Source: a virus
IMG/VR virus record: IMGVR_UViG_3300032116_000031
Coordinates: 32,001-96,000 of that record
Strand: one strand, 5' to 3'
DNA length: 64,000 bases
This document shows, one piece after another, positions 30,883 to 40,707 of this stretch (position 1 is its first letter; each line of letters starts with the position of its first letter). Below the pieces are notes generated by a model. The model was not told the DNA's origin. It saw only the letters and a list, made by a program, of their open reading frames with translations, and ran no database searches. The position numbers were made by a program, and so were the translations under genes.

Positions 30883-31317
30883 TTAAAATTTAGATTTTAC
30901 TTTATCGTAAAGTGATTTAACCATAGAAGAGTATTTACCAATTAATGCACTCTTATTCAATGGTATCTTCTTATCAATAGCTCTAAAAAGTTTATCCCCA
31001 TAACGATTATAGTCAGGTCTAACATCAAAGCTCTCACTCTGTGGCTCCCATCTGGTAATTTTGTCTATAACAAATATTTTCCAATCTGGTTGATCCGTTT
31101 GAGTAAAACCACTTCTTTGATAAGCCCTTATAGCTAATTTACCTGTAACAGTTTTACCTATAAGGTATGGTTCAATAAGTCTTTCACCGCCAACAGTATC
31201 ATCATCTCCGATATAATTTATTTTAACAATCTTTCTACCGAAAATACTATCAACGACTTGACTTATCCTAGGTGACTCAACTAAAAGTTCAGTTATGGTA
31301 TCTTTAAAACTTTTCAC
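30883..31317 (-). CDS. Standalone WYL-domain protein
   Basis: VKINY...ERLIEPY..G...IRAY...WKIFVIDKI is the WYL pattern; no HTH visible. Confidence 0.7.
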   Translation of the reverse strand: MKSFKDTITELLVESPRISQVVDSIFGRKIVKINYIGDDDTVGGERLIEPYLIGKTVTGKLAIRAYQRSGFTQTDQPDWKIFVIDKITRWEPQSESFDVRPDYNRYGDKLFRAIDKKIPLNKSALIGKYSSMVKSLYDKVKSKF

Positions 31318-31338
31318 AAATATAGGTAATTTTATTTT

Positions 31339-31656
31339 TTATTGCGCAAAGCAATCGTATTTGTTATCAGGTGTATATTGGTTAACACTAAAAATAGCGT
31401 TTCTACCGCTACCAATTACAGAAGGTAAACCATTAATATCAACTGAACTACCGCCATTATTGGTGTCAAAAGAACCCCCAGTACCCTTTCCTTTTGCATT
31501 AACAGGATCATCAATGGCTCCCATAGCTTGAGTTGCATTTGGATGCGTCTGATCGTATTTCAAACCTGATTGGTCTTGATAAATATTTTTAACCAAAAGG
31601 TCTGTTCTAGTTGCCTTAGCGATTTCTTCTAGTCTTGAACATGTTGTGTTTGCCAT
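31339..31656 (-). CDS. Small Gly-rich hypothetical protein
   Basis: 105-aa ORF. Confidence 0.5.
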   Translation of the reverse strand: MANTTCSRLEEIAKATRTDLLVKNIYQDQSGLKYDQTHPNATQAMGAIDDPVNAKGKGTGGSFDTNNGGSSVDINGLPSVIGSGRNAIFSVNQYTPDNKYDCFAQ

Positions 31657-31660
31657 AATA

Positions 31661-32092
31661 TTATTTATTTAATTTTTTGAGTATGTCTTCTGATATATAT
31701 ATTTTCGTTATTTTTTTCTCTGATTCATATATGGGTTTTTCCGTATTAGCCTTACCAGTAACATTTTTTTCATGTTGCTTTATATAAGCATTACTTTTAC
31801 CAGCTAAAGATAGGTTTTCTTTACTCCTTTCAACTGTTCTAGTTAATCTTTCTAATGTTGCAGTAGCCCATTTATAAAAAACATCTCCACCGTGTTCTAA
31901 TTTCTCTCTTGAATTATAAGTCCTATAATTTTTAACTATATTCCTTAAATCGTTATAGCTTATATTCCTATCTTCAATGAAGTTTTTTATCTGTGTGGCA
32001 AACTCCAATTCGTCCCCTAAATTTCGCTTCATTACAGGTAGCAAATTTTCAGGAAATGGAACCTCTCTATTTAATAATTTACTATTTGCCAT
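31661..32092 (-). CDS. Hypothetical protein
   Basis: 143-aa ORF. Confidence 0.5.
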   Translation of the reverse strand: MANSKLLNREVPFPENLLPVMKRNLGDELEFATQIKNFIEDRNISYNDLRNIVKNYRTYNSREKLEHGGDVFYKWATATLERLTRTVERSKENLSLAGKSNAYIKQHEKNVTGKANTEKPIYESEKKITKIYISEDILKKLNK

Positions 32093-32104
32093 AATTTATA
32101 ATGT

Positions 32105-32205
32105 ATTGATTTTTAGTTAATTATAAAGGAAAAAATATGCTTTTGGGTTTTCGACACTGTTATATAATAATTTACTAAAAGCATATTAGTTTTCTATATA
32201 TTATT
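32105..32205. repeat. Dispersed inverted-repeat element, copy 1 (core 32134-32187)
   Basis: AATATGCTTTTGG-GTTTTCGACACTGTTATATAATAATTTA-CTAAAAGCATATT; two substitutions relative to copies 2 and 3; flanks shared with copy 3. Confidence 0.9.
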
Positions 32206-32650
32206 TAAGCAAATCCGTAAGTTCTTTTGTATAGTTTTCAGGCATTTTATTCCAATCTACTTCCTGCATTATATCTTTTAGGATTATAGCAACAACCTCA
32301 TTAAAATTATCTTCTTCAACGTTAGTCAGATTGGTTTTAAATGTTAAATAAGCTTGTTTTAAACCCTTTTCATTTAAAATATCTAAAATATTTATTTCGC
32401 TAATTTTTTCATTAGTTTTAACCTCTTGTTCTTGTTCTTCCTCCTCTTGTTCTCTAACAAACCAACCGTTAGGGTATGTTTGTGTGAACTGACTTGCTTG
32501 TGTCACAAAATCATCTGTTGTAGGTTGAGGTGTATTTCTGATCCTTGACAATCTAACTTCTTTATTTGAGGTAGGCATATCACCTTCAATAAAAGATAAA
32601 TCAGCATTTATAATTTCCTTTAATAAACTTTCTGGTACGATAATTTTCAT
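32201..32650 (-). CDS. Hypothetical protein
   Basis: The ORF track starts at 32689; the ATG at 32650 (MKIIVPESLL), preceded by TATTTATA, is preferred. Confidence 0.5.
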   Translation of the reverse strand: MKIIVPESLLKEIINADLSFIEGDMPTSNKEVRLSRIRNTPQPTTDDFVTQASQFTQTYPNGWFVREQEEEEQEQEVKTNEKISEINILDILNEKGLKQAYLTFKTNLTNVEEDNFNEVVAIILKDIMQEVDWNKMPENYTKELTDLLK

Positions 32651-32682
32651 TTTATGTTTATTTATATTATAAATATAAAGAC

Positions 32683-34329
32683 TTGGCATATATTAACAGG
32701 AATTATCCGACATTATTAGATTTAAGGTTATCTGATAAAGATTATTATGACATACAAATGTCTGATTACAGTGTTATTTGTAATTGCAATGACATTGTAA
32801 ATCCTATTATCTGTATGAATTTTAATTCAACAGATGTAGTTTATAGTGATAATGAATGGGATATGGCTATATCTCCTTCTGGTGTTACGATAACTAATTT
32901 TGGTATAACTGGATATGATAATCGTTTTTCTGATAGTTTAGATTCTTCTTGGGGGTTGGACGGCGAAAAGAGATTTTTTGTGAAGAAGGTGGACGGCGAT
33001 AATTTTTGCTACGATATTCTTAGTGGATCAACTACTCAATTATGCGGGGGCTTTTATCAGGGATTCTATAAGTTAGAAGGTTATGATTACCAGACATTAC
33101 CCGACTACTATAAAGATGGATGGACCGCAGAATTTTATTTGGCTAAAAGCGGATGTACTTGCATTTCAGAGTTACCAACCCTAAACGAAACTTATCCTAA
33201 TAACGAAGGAATATTTTATTATTACGGTACAAGAGCTGAAAATAAGTTCTGCTCTGTAAAAGAGCATTTACTCTCCTATGAGGTTTCAAGTGGGGTAACT
33301 TTCCTAAGCTCAATTATAAAAGATACTTCCCATGTAACTCCTCCAAGTGATACAGCTTCTTTCTTATTTTATAATTGTCCTACATTAAATGAATTCTATT
33401 TGAATGCAACAGGTGTGACTTTTACTCTTCCTGATTGTTGCGATAATTTAAAATACAATGCCCTCGCTTTTAGGATTACAGATGAAGGCAAAATAGGTTA
33501 TAGATACTTAGCAACTTCTGGGACTTGTGTAGCTGGTAAATACGAAGAGGATTTAATGGTTTTTGAAAAATATAGTACCGAAAACATTTTTGTAGATGAC
33601 ACATTTAGGTTAGTTACCATTAAATTTAAAAACGATGAACACTTAACCTGCAAACCCGAAGAACAAACTTTTGGTGTACTTAGCATATACGTTGACGGTT
33701 ATTTGAAATTAAGGGAATATAATTTCCCTAATATTATACCTCAAGCCTTTGATGATTTAGCTTCTAAACAATTAGGTGTACCATACAACATAAGTATTGG
33801 CGGTGGAACCCAAGGCTTGTTAGAAATGCAGACCGATACTCCAACTGAATATGAAGTTTGTGATTATAAATTTTATTTAAAGAAAGATCAAAAATTCAAA
33901 GGAGCTAGGATAAACGGAGTCGATTATTTTACAGTTGTAGATTACGATATTACTATACCTGATGAAATAGTCTCATTCTTAACGCAGCACTTGGATAATA
34001 AATTCGCTGAAATAGAAACTAAAATAACCAGCAATTATGTTGAATTTATTTGTAGATTTGTAGTAGATGATTTCGAGAAAGTATTTTATTCTGTTGATGT
34101 AACTGAAGGTATAACAGACGCTTGTTGTAATCCTAATTTACCAGAATATTCACAAAGCAGTCTTTTGAAAATAAATTGTTTTAAATTCACCACTGATAAC
34201 AATATTTGTGGTATTTTAGAAGAAAATTTTGCAGGTAGCTTTATAGGTCAAATAAAAAGCTTTTGTTTATACGGTCAACCCTTAGATTATCAAGCTATTA
34301 AATGTAATTACAATATATATAACTCTTAA
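32683..34329 (+). CDS. Cys-rich putative virion protein (possibly LamG/ConA-like beta domain)
   Basis: 548 aa; GWTAEF, IYVDG, ISIGGG, FxGxI..F.LY..PL pattern. Confidence 0.45.
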   Translation: MAYINRNYPTLLDLRLSDKDYYDIQMSDYSVICNCNDIVNPIICMNFNSTDVVYSDNEWDMAISPSGVTITNFGITGYDNRFSDSLDSSWGLDGEKRFFVKKVDGDNFCYDILSGSTTQLCGGFYQGFYKLEGYDYQTLPDYYKDGWTAEFYLAKSGCTCISELPTLNETYPNNEGIFYYYGTRAENKFCSVKEHLLSYEVSSGVTFLSSIIKDTSHVTPPSDTASFLFYNCPTLNEFYLNATGVTFTLPDCCDNLKYNALAFRITDEGKIGYRYLATSGTCVAGKYEEDLMVFEKYSTENIFVDDTFRLVTIKFKNDEHLTCKPEEQTFGVLSIYVDGYLKLREYNFPNIIPQAFDDLASKQLGVPYNISIGGGTQGLLEMQTDTPTEYEVCDYKFYLKKDQKFKGARINGVDYFTVVDYDITIPDEIVSFLTQHLDNKFAEIETKITSNYVEFICRFVVDDFEKVFYSVDVTEGITDACCNPNLPEYSQSSLLKINCFKFTTDNNICGILEENFAGSFIGQIKSFCLYGQPLDYQAIKCNYNIYNS

Positions 34330-34339
34330 AGACCATAAT

Positions 34340-34693
34340 ATGAACTTTTATATAAAAGAAAATTCAACTTTACCTGTTCTAACAATGGAATTAATACAGA
34401 ATGGTATTAGTTCAAATAAAACTATGAATGAGCGGTTACAGAATGCAAACATTACTTTTTTTATGGAAGAAGTAGGTAGTTGTATTCCTGTAATTCAATG
34501 TGCGCCTTGCTGTATCTTGGTAGAACAAGAATGCAGCGATTGTCATGAAAAGGTTTACATTCAATATAAGTGGACCTTAGAGGATACAGCTAGAAAAGGT
34601 AAATATAAAGGGTGGTTTGAAATAACCTTTAATGACGATCAATCTGTTTTAATTGCACCCATTAGACAAACTCTTGATATAACAATTTTGTAA
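34340..34693 (+). CDS. BppU-like baseplate/tail protein
   Basis: FYIK..STLP.L...ITFFM...YKWT..DT...G.Y.GWFEITF. Confidence 0.6.
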   Translation: MNFYIKENSTLPVLTMELIQNGISSNKTMNERLQNANITFFMEEVGSCIPVIQCAPCCILVEQECSDCHEKVYIQYKWTLEDTARKGKYKGWFEITFNDDQSVLIAPIRQTLDITIL

Positions 34694-34698
34694 AAATA

Positions 34699-34730
34699 TT
34701 TGAGTTTTAAGGATTTTATGTTTACCTTTG
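34699..34730 (+). promoter_or_regulatory. Bacteroidota sigma-A promoter of the DNA polymerase
   Basis: TTTG-20 nt-TACCTTTG, 19 nt upstream of the ATG at 34750. Confidence 0.7.
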
Positions 34731-34749
34731 CAGAAATATTATTTTTGTT

Positions 34750-37700
34750 ATGAAAGGTGAATTAAAACGATTAAAAATTGAAGATATTGAATCCCTTCTT
34801 CACGGCTTTGATCCAGAGGAAGGGATTCGTTATATCGACTGTAATAACTTTTCTAATGAAGTTAAAATCTTTATTAGAAAAAACAGTGATGATAATGTAA
34901 CTATTAAAAAAGATACTTATAGACCTTTTTTATGGTTTAAGGGATTTGATTTTGATAGGGATTTTAAGTGGGAATATTTCGCCGTCCACATCACAGACTA
35001 CAACAAAGAAGAAAATACAATCTTCTATGATAATAAAATTCACCATCTAAATGAACACTTAGAAGTTGTAGGTGAAGTTAATAATGGTAGTGAATGTGTT
35101 CTAAGACGCTATCTATCTGATATAAAAGATAGACGTAAACTTTGCTTTAACAAAATGAAGCAATACAACGTCGAAATATCAGAGCAAATAACCCATATAG
35201 ATGAATCCAATAAAGTCGAAAGGCTCGAGGAGGGCTTCAAATATTTGGTTCATATAAATCCCCCACAAGAAGAAACCAAATACGATAACCCCTTAATATG
35301 TTACAATAAGAAAGGCGAAATCAAAAAAATCAATGGTAGTTTCAATAACCTAATTGATTTCTTCTTTGAGGGTGGTTTAGATATATGGAAAAGATCAGGT
35401 ATTTTCCTTGACCCATCTAAATTAAAGAGCTTTTGGTCCGATTCAACTGATTACCAAAAGCTGCTATTCTTTTTTGGCTTCCCAGCTAAAAACTTATTAT
35501 TTTCATTCCTAGATAAAAACGATGAAAATAATGAATACTTAGATCAGGATATACTAAAAAATAGTAGCGAAATTGATTATGAAGAAATCATCCATTTAAC
35601 ATTTGTAATATTCAATGAGAATGTTAGACAATCAAAATTATTTGAATTCTACGAAAAGAAAATCAAGAATAATGATATAGAGTTTCTTCAAAACCATAGT
35701 GATAAATTTGTTAAACATCTTAAACTAAAAATAGATGAAAATAAATTAGACTTCTTAGTGCAAGAAGAATTCTCTTTTGATTCTAAAAAAGGTTTTGCTA
35801 ATCTTAATACTCTATTCATAGATAACGGAATTGATTTATTTGTAGGTGAAGATAAGGTTTTCTATAAACTATCCGCTATTGAACAATATATGATTCAAAG
35901 TGGCAAAAGATTATTTAAGGGCTTTGAAGAATATCCTGAACTGAAAAGTTTAACAATGGATATTGAAACTAAAGGTCTACCTGAATTCTCATACAGGAAA
36001 GATGCAGCCTTGCATCCTACAATGGGTATGATCTTTAAAATAGGTATGTATTGCAACAATGGATATGAGAAAGTACTAAACGCAACGAATCAGGAAGAAG
36101 AATTAGAAATAATAGAGGAATTCTTTAGGATAACAATGGAGTTAAATCCAGACTTATTCTTGACATATAACGGCGAAGGCTTTGACTTTCCATTTATAGT
36201 TAAAAGATACGAAATATTAAAGAAATTATCAGATGAATATGAAACTTTTAATGCTATTAGGGATTTAATAAAAGATTATTATAAAAACCCTGAAGAAATT
36301 TATATTTCAAAAAATAATCTCTTTAACAGAAGAGAAGGTAATCTTAAAGTAGGTGGTAATAGTGAAACTTACACACAGACAAGCATATTAGGTATTAATA
36401 TGTGTGATACAATGTTTGCTGTAAAAAGAGCTTCCGCTATCAATAAATCTATCCCGAACTTTAAATTGAAAGATAACATTAAGTTTGCTAAATTAGCTAA
36501 ACCTAATCGTGTTTATGTTGAAGGAAATAAAATTGGCGATATTGAAAATTCTACTGCTCCATTCTATCTGAATGTTGAAAACGGTGATTGGTTTAAATAC
36601 CAAAAGGAAATTGCTTTTGAAAAAGGTATATATTCTTTTGATAAAGTAAAAAGGAAATCATTACAAACACAAGTATACGACAATGAGAACACATTATATC
36701 TTTGGGATGAAGAATATGATAAGATGTTTATGGATTCTTGTGTGAACACCTTAAAATTCACACCTGATGATGTAGAAGGCTTCTTTAAAACTGTATATGA
36801 GAAGTTTAAGAATTACGATAGACTGTGCTTTAGAATTGATGAATTTGTAGGTAAATGGTTAGAAAAGGAAGATAAAGTTAAATATGATTTTTTATATAAT
36901 GAATTAAAAAAATTAAGAACTAATTTAACTAATATCTCACTGTTCTATCCTGATAAAGATCTATCAAAATATATTAAAACTACTGGTGAAGATATTATCA
37001 GAAGATATTTGATAGATGATTTATGGGAAACGAATAAGTTAGATGAATTTTACAGTCAAGCTACTTTTTTGATTTCTAAGTGGTTGCCTACTTCATATCA
37101 AAGGGCTGCAACTATGGGTGGTGCTTCTGTATGGAAATTGCTTTTATCCGCATATTCTTACCAATATGGTTTAGGTATACCTAATTACGATGAACCAAAA
37201 GAATTTACTGGAGGACTTGTAGCAATGATTTCAGCGGGATATCACGGTAAGTCTTTTAAAGCCGACTTTTCTTCCCTTTATCCAGCTGAATTTTACGTGC
37301 ATGTTAATTCGCCTAAAATTGACTTGTACGGGGTTTATAAGCTCTTTATGTATTACGGCTGGTCTACTAGGATAAAGTACAAGCAGCTGATGAATGAGCA
37401 TAAAGAGAAGGGAGAATTGAGCCTAAGTAAGAAGTTTGAAGTACGTCAGTTACCTATCAAAATTCTTATCAACAGTTTTTATGGTATGATGGGTGCAGCT
37501 GGTGTAACACCATTTGCTGATTTGGTTGTAGCGCAAGGTATTACTTGTAATGGAAGACAACATTTGAGGCATCTTATTAAATGGTTTGCTGAAAAGGGAT
37601 ATGTTGCTACTATTGCTCACACTGACGGTGTTTTCTTTTCAATTAACGATGTTGATTTGGAATACAAGTACACTGGTAGAGGTATAAATTGGTTGGTAAC

Positions 37701-38838
37701 TAAAGGAAAAGAATATGTAGGCATTGCGGCACACGTTGCTGAATATAATGATTCTTTCATGAAGGGTATTATGGGTTTAGATATTGATGAAATTGTTGAA
37801 TCAGTTATTAACTTTTCAAAAGGTAATTACATTTACTTAAAAGAAGTTAAAGACAAGAAGACTGGTGAGGTGACAAATAAAATTGAAGTTATTGGAGGAG
37901 CTATCATTAAGAAGACTCAATCTGAATATATCACTGAATTTGTAGATAAAGAGGTTATTAAGTTAATGCAAAACAAACCCTTGGAATTTATAAATGCTTA
38001 TTGGGATTATATTAAGAAGATTGAAGAACAAAAAATTAATGTGAAGCTTATTGCATCTAAGGCTAAAATTAAAAAGACAAAAGCAGAATACTTGCAACAT
38101 ATTAAGGGGACTAATAAAAATGGTGCTCCACTGAATAGGCAAGTGCATATGGAATTATTGATTAATAACGATTTGGATATAGAACTTGGTGATGTAGTAT
38201 ATTATGTTAATAGCGGTAAATCCAAGGACGATAAAGACAGTTTGAGTCCTGCTACTACATTTGCTACTTGTGAATTAGGTGAATTGGATTTGAAGCAAAT
38301 TAACAATGTGATTAAAACAAGGAATCCTGAATACATTAAAACATTTCTATTAGGTATTCATAATAGAGGTTTATTAACTGTTAATCAGAAGGTGTTGGAC
38401 GGCGATATTTATGCAATTTTGGATGATATTGATAAGTGGAAAAATATCAAAACCAAAATTAGGAACTTGAAAAAAGGTGTGTTCGTGGATTTTATTAAGG
38501 TTGAATATGTGATTAACTGTTCTATTATTGATAGTTTCTCTGATTCACAAACAGTCAACTATAACACTGATCTTTATATCAATAAGTTCAATTCGGCTGT
38601 ACACCCACTTTTCGTATGTTTTAAACCAGAGATTAGAGAAAAGCTTATGATTAACTCATACGAAGATAGGCCCTTTATTTTAGAGCAAGATTTGACTTTG
38701 ATTAATAGCATACCATTCGAGAACCAAGCTAAAAATCAAGCTACTTATGAAGAAGTAATGGTTGTTACACCTGAAGAAATGGAGTATTGGAATTTAGTAG
38801 AAACTAATCCCGAAGACTTTGTTATAGAGCGTAAATAA
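34750..38838 (+). CDS. polB: DNA polymerase family B with large insertions
   Basis: MDIET, YNGEGFDFPFI, YLIDD (exonuclease); DFSSLYP, KILINSFYG, HTDG (polymerase). Confidence 0.93.
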   Translation: MKGELKRLKIEDIESLLHGFDPEEGIRYIDCNNFSNEVKIFIRKNSDDNVTIKKDTYRPFLWFKGFDFDRDFKWEYFAVHITDYNKEENTIFYDNKIHHLNEHLEVVGEVNNGSECVLRRYLSDIKDRRKLCFNKMKQYNVEISEQITHIDESNKVERLEEGFKYLVHINPPQEETKYDNPLICYNKKGEIKKINGSFNNLIDFFFEGGLDIWKRSGIFLDPSKLKSFWSDSTDYQKLLFFFGFPAKNLLFSFLDKNDENNEYLDQDILKNSSEIDYEEIIHLTFVIFNENVRQSKLFEFYEKKIKNNDIEFLQNHSDKFVKHLKLKIDENKLDFLVQEEFSFDSKKGFANLNTLFIDNGIDLFVGEDKVFYKLSAIEQYMIQSGKRLFKGFEEYPELKSLTMDIETKGLPEFSYRKDAALHPTMGMIFKIGMYCNNGYEKVLNATNQEEELEIIEEFFRITMELNPDLFLTYNGEGFDFPFIVKRYEILKKLSDEYETFNAIRDLIKDYYKNPEEIYISKNNLFNRREGNLKVGGNSETYTQTSILGINMCDTMFAVKRASAINKSIPNFKLKDNIKFAKLAKPNRVYVEGNKIGDIENSTAPFYLNVENGDWFKYQKEIAFEKGIYSFDKVKRKSLQTQVYDNENTLYLWDEEYDKMFMDSCVNTLKFTPDDVEGFFKTVYEKFKNYDRLCFRIDEFVGKWLEKEDKVKYDFLYNELKKLRTNLTNISLFYPDKDLSKYIKTTGEDIIRRYLIDDLWETNKLDEFYSQATFLISKWLPTSYQRAATMGGASVWKLLLSAYSYQYGLGIPNYDEPKEFTGGLVAMISAGYHGKSFKADFSSLYPAEFYVHVNSPKIDLYGVYKLFMYYGWSTRIKYKQLMNEHKEKGELSLSKKFEVRQLPIKILINSFYGMMGAAGVTPFADLVVAQGITCNGRQHLRHLIKWFAEKGYVATIAHTDGVFFSINDVDLEYKYTGRGINWLVTKGKEYVGIAAHVAEYNDSFMKGIMGLDIDEIVESVINFSKGNYIYLKEVKDKKTGEVTNKIEVIGGAIIKKTQSEYITEFVDKEVIKLMQNKPLEFINAYWDYIKKIEEQKINVKLIASKAKIKKTKAEYLQHIKGTNKNGAPLNRQVHMELLINNDLDIELGDVVYYVNSGKSKDDKDSLSPATTFATCELGELDLKQINNVIKTRNPEYIKTFLLGIHNRGLLTVNQKVLDGDIYAILDDIDKWKNIKTKIRNLKKGVFVDFIKVEYVINCSIIDSFSDSQTVNYNTDLYINKFNSAVHPLFVCFKPEIREKLMINSYEDRPFILEQDLTLINSIPFENQAKNQATYEEVMVVTPEEMEYWNLVETNPEDFVIERK

Positions 38839-38840
38839 TG

Positions 38841-38875
38841 AAAAAGCGGTTGATTCATTTCAACCGCTTTTTTTT
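38841..38875. terminator. Bidirectional intrinsic terminator
   Basis: AAAAAGCGGTTGA-TTCATT-TCAACCGCTTTTTTTT between convergent genes. Confidence 0.88.
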
Positions 38876-39251
38876 ATTCCTCGTATATTTTTCTATTTAT
38901 ATATCCGTATTTCTTTACAAGTTCGCCTGCCTTAGCATTTGCTTCATTTTCTATATCTCCACCTACATCTTTAATTTCGCCGTCCAACTCCCTATCCTCA
39001 TACTGCTTATAGTGAACTAACTCATGTGCTAAACTTCTCATTATATCAGCTAATAATCTATTCTTACCATAAACCATTATAATAGGCTTAAATCCAGAAT
39101 TCTTATCAAAGCTAAAATTAGCAAATGTTTTTAACCCATCCTTGTTATTCTTAATAACAATACTAGGATATTTTTTTAAGGATAATTCCTTATAGCAAAA
39201 TTCGCAAAAATTAATTAACGTCTGCTTTCTATGTTTTCCTAAAAAACTCAT
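38874..39251 (-). CDS. Small zincin-like metallopeptidase (HExxH)
   Basis: LAHELVHYKQ...ENEANA. Confidence 0.7.
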   Translation of the reverse strand: MSFLGKHRKQTLINFCEFCYKELSLKKYPSIVIKNNKDGLKTFANFSFDKNSGFKPIIMVYGKNRLLADIMRSLAHELVHYKQYEDRELDGEIKDVGGDIENEANAKAGELVKKYGYINRKIYEE

Positions 39252-39288
39252 AACTATAAATATATTTATATTATAAATTTTTAATCAA

Positions 39289-39984
39289 TTGTTGCAAAAG
39301 ACTTATGTATTGGGAGATTTGCATAATAACTATAAAGGTCTTATGCAACTGTTTGAGAAAGTGAATTTTAATCCTAAGAACGATGCTCTATATTTTATAG
39401 GGGATATATTTGAAGGTACAGCTAAAGATAGCTACGAATGCTTAAAGGAATTATCAAAAATAAATCATCTCTATCCATGTATGGGAAACCATGATTTATG
39501 GGTAAAACAATGGATTATAACTGGTAAAATTAATAAGTCTTGGCTTAAATCTGGTGGATCTATAACAATAGAGAACTTAACTAAACACGAAGATTATTTA
39601 ATACTCCTAAGTGATTACTTTAAAAAAGTAAAGTACTGGTATAACTACAATCAATACTTCTTATGCCACGCAGGCTTTGATACCCGTAAATCAGTAACCT
39701 CCCAAAAAGAAATTAATTTTACTATTAATAGATCCCTTTGGCAAAAAGCTTTGGTTGCAGATAGTCAAAATAAAAAATTGAAATATAATTTTAACAATAT
39801 GAATTTCACATTTGAAAAAGTAATTATAGGGCATACGCCTACAACATCCCATAAACCAGAGATATTATCAAATGTTATTAACATTGATACAGGTTCGGGA
39901 AATGTAGGAAGATTGACCTTGATGGATTTAAACAACCAAGAATATTATCAAAGTGATTTATTAAAAAAACTTTATAAGCTTTAG
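39289..39984 (+). CDS. Calcineurin-like metallophosphoesterase (lambda NinI-type Ser/Thr phosphatase family)
   Basis: GDLH, GD, GNHD, HAG, GHTPT, IDTG motifs. Confidence 0.9.
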   Translation: MLQKTYVLGDLHNNYKGLMQLFEKVNFNPKNDALYFIGDIFEGTAKDSYECLKELSKINHLYPCMGNHDLWVKQWIITGKINKSWLKSGGSITIENLTKHEDYLILLSDYFKKVKYWYNYNQYFLCHAGFDTRKSVTSQKEINFTINRSLWQKALVADSQNKKLKYNFNNMNFTFEKVIIGHTPTTSHKPEILSNVINIDTGSGNVGRLTLMDLNNQEYYQSDLLKKLYKL

Positions 39985-40157
39985 TCTTTTAATTCAAATG
40001 TTTCTGGATCACGCCCTTGCTTATTTGCAGTAGCATAGTAAACTGCTTTAGCTCTTTTCTTACCGTATTTCTCAATCATTTTATTCATTACTGATTTATC
40101 GTATTCAGACATAATATCTTCAAACTCCTTCAAATTCATTTTTAAAATTTTTGCCAT
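39981..40157 (-). CDS. Small hypothetical protein (58 aa)
   Basis: Translated by hand: MAKILKMNLKEFEDIMSEYDKSVMNKMIEKYGKKRAKAVYYATANKQGRDPETFELKD; preceded by TATTTAT; below the ORF-track cutoff. Confidence 0.6.
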   Translation of the reverse strand: MAKILKMNLKEFEDIMSEYDKSVMNKMIEKYGKKRAKAVYYATANKQGRDPETFELKD

Positions 40158-40191
40158 AATTTTCTTATATTTCTAAATAAATATCATTTAT

Positions 40192-40707
40192 ATGAGAAAA
40201 CCTACACCAGAATACTTAGAAAGAAGTATTAAATTTGTGGATAATGAAGTGCAATTATCGAAATATCTGAAAGTAAAAGACTTTATTAAATCCGAAACAG
40301 CAACAGCACGTAAAATAGATAATAGGCTTCCTGAAAGCCTACTTGAAAACGCTAAGAAAATAGCGGCAATGTATGATGCAATCTATGACAGGTTTAACGG
40401 TAATATCAGTTTAAATTCTGGCTATAGATCCCCAAGACTAAACACTGCTGTTCGTGGATCATCAACTTCCCAACATGTATTCGCATTAGCTATTGATGTT
40501 AGAGGTAAAAATGGCGTTAAAAATGCAGATATATTGAATTGGGTTAGGAGCAATATGAAATATCAACAGCTAATATGGGAATACGGTACAAGTAAAGAAC
40601 CTAAATGGGTTCATATAGGACATGGTACCAAAATGCAATTTTTGAGAATTGGAGTAGCTACAACAAGAGGCTTGGGGTTGCATTTATCCGATGCTGGAGA
40701 TATTTAA
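40192..40707 (+). CDS. Peptidase M15A family endolysin
   Basis: SGYRS..LN..V.GS..SQH...AID...WVHI zinc-ligand motifs. Confidence 0.88.
   Translation: MRKPTPEYLERSIKFVDNEVQLSKYLKVKDFIKSETATARKIDNRLPESLLENAKKIAAMYDAIYDRFNGNISLNSGYRSPRLNTAVRGSSTSQHVFALAIDVRGKNGVKNADILNWVRSNMKYQQLIWEYGTSKEPKWVHIGHGTKMQFLRIGVATTRGLGLHLSDAGDI

Noticed and set aside
34750-38838. Intein in PolB (also considered for DnaB and RecA)
   Set aside because: No Cys/Ser block-A start paired with an HN-(C/S/T) end was found at conserved motifs.
38838-39020. 60-aa plus-strand ORF after polB
   Set aside because: It runs through the terminator hairpin and is antisense to the HExxH gene.
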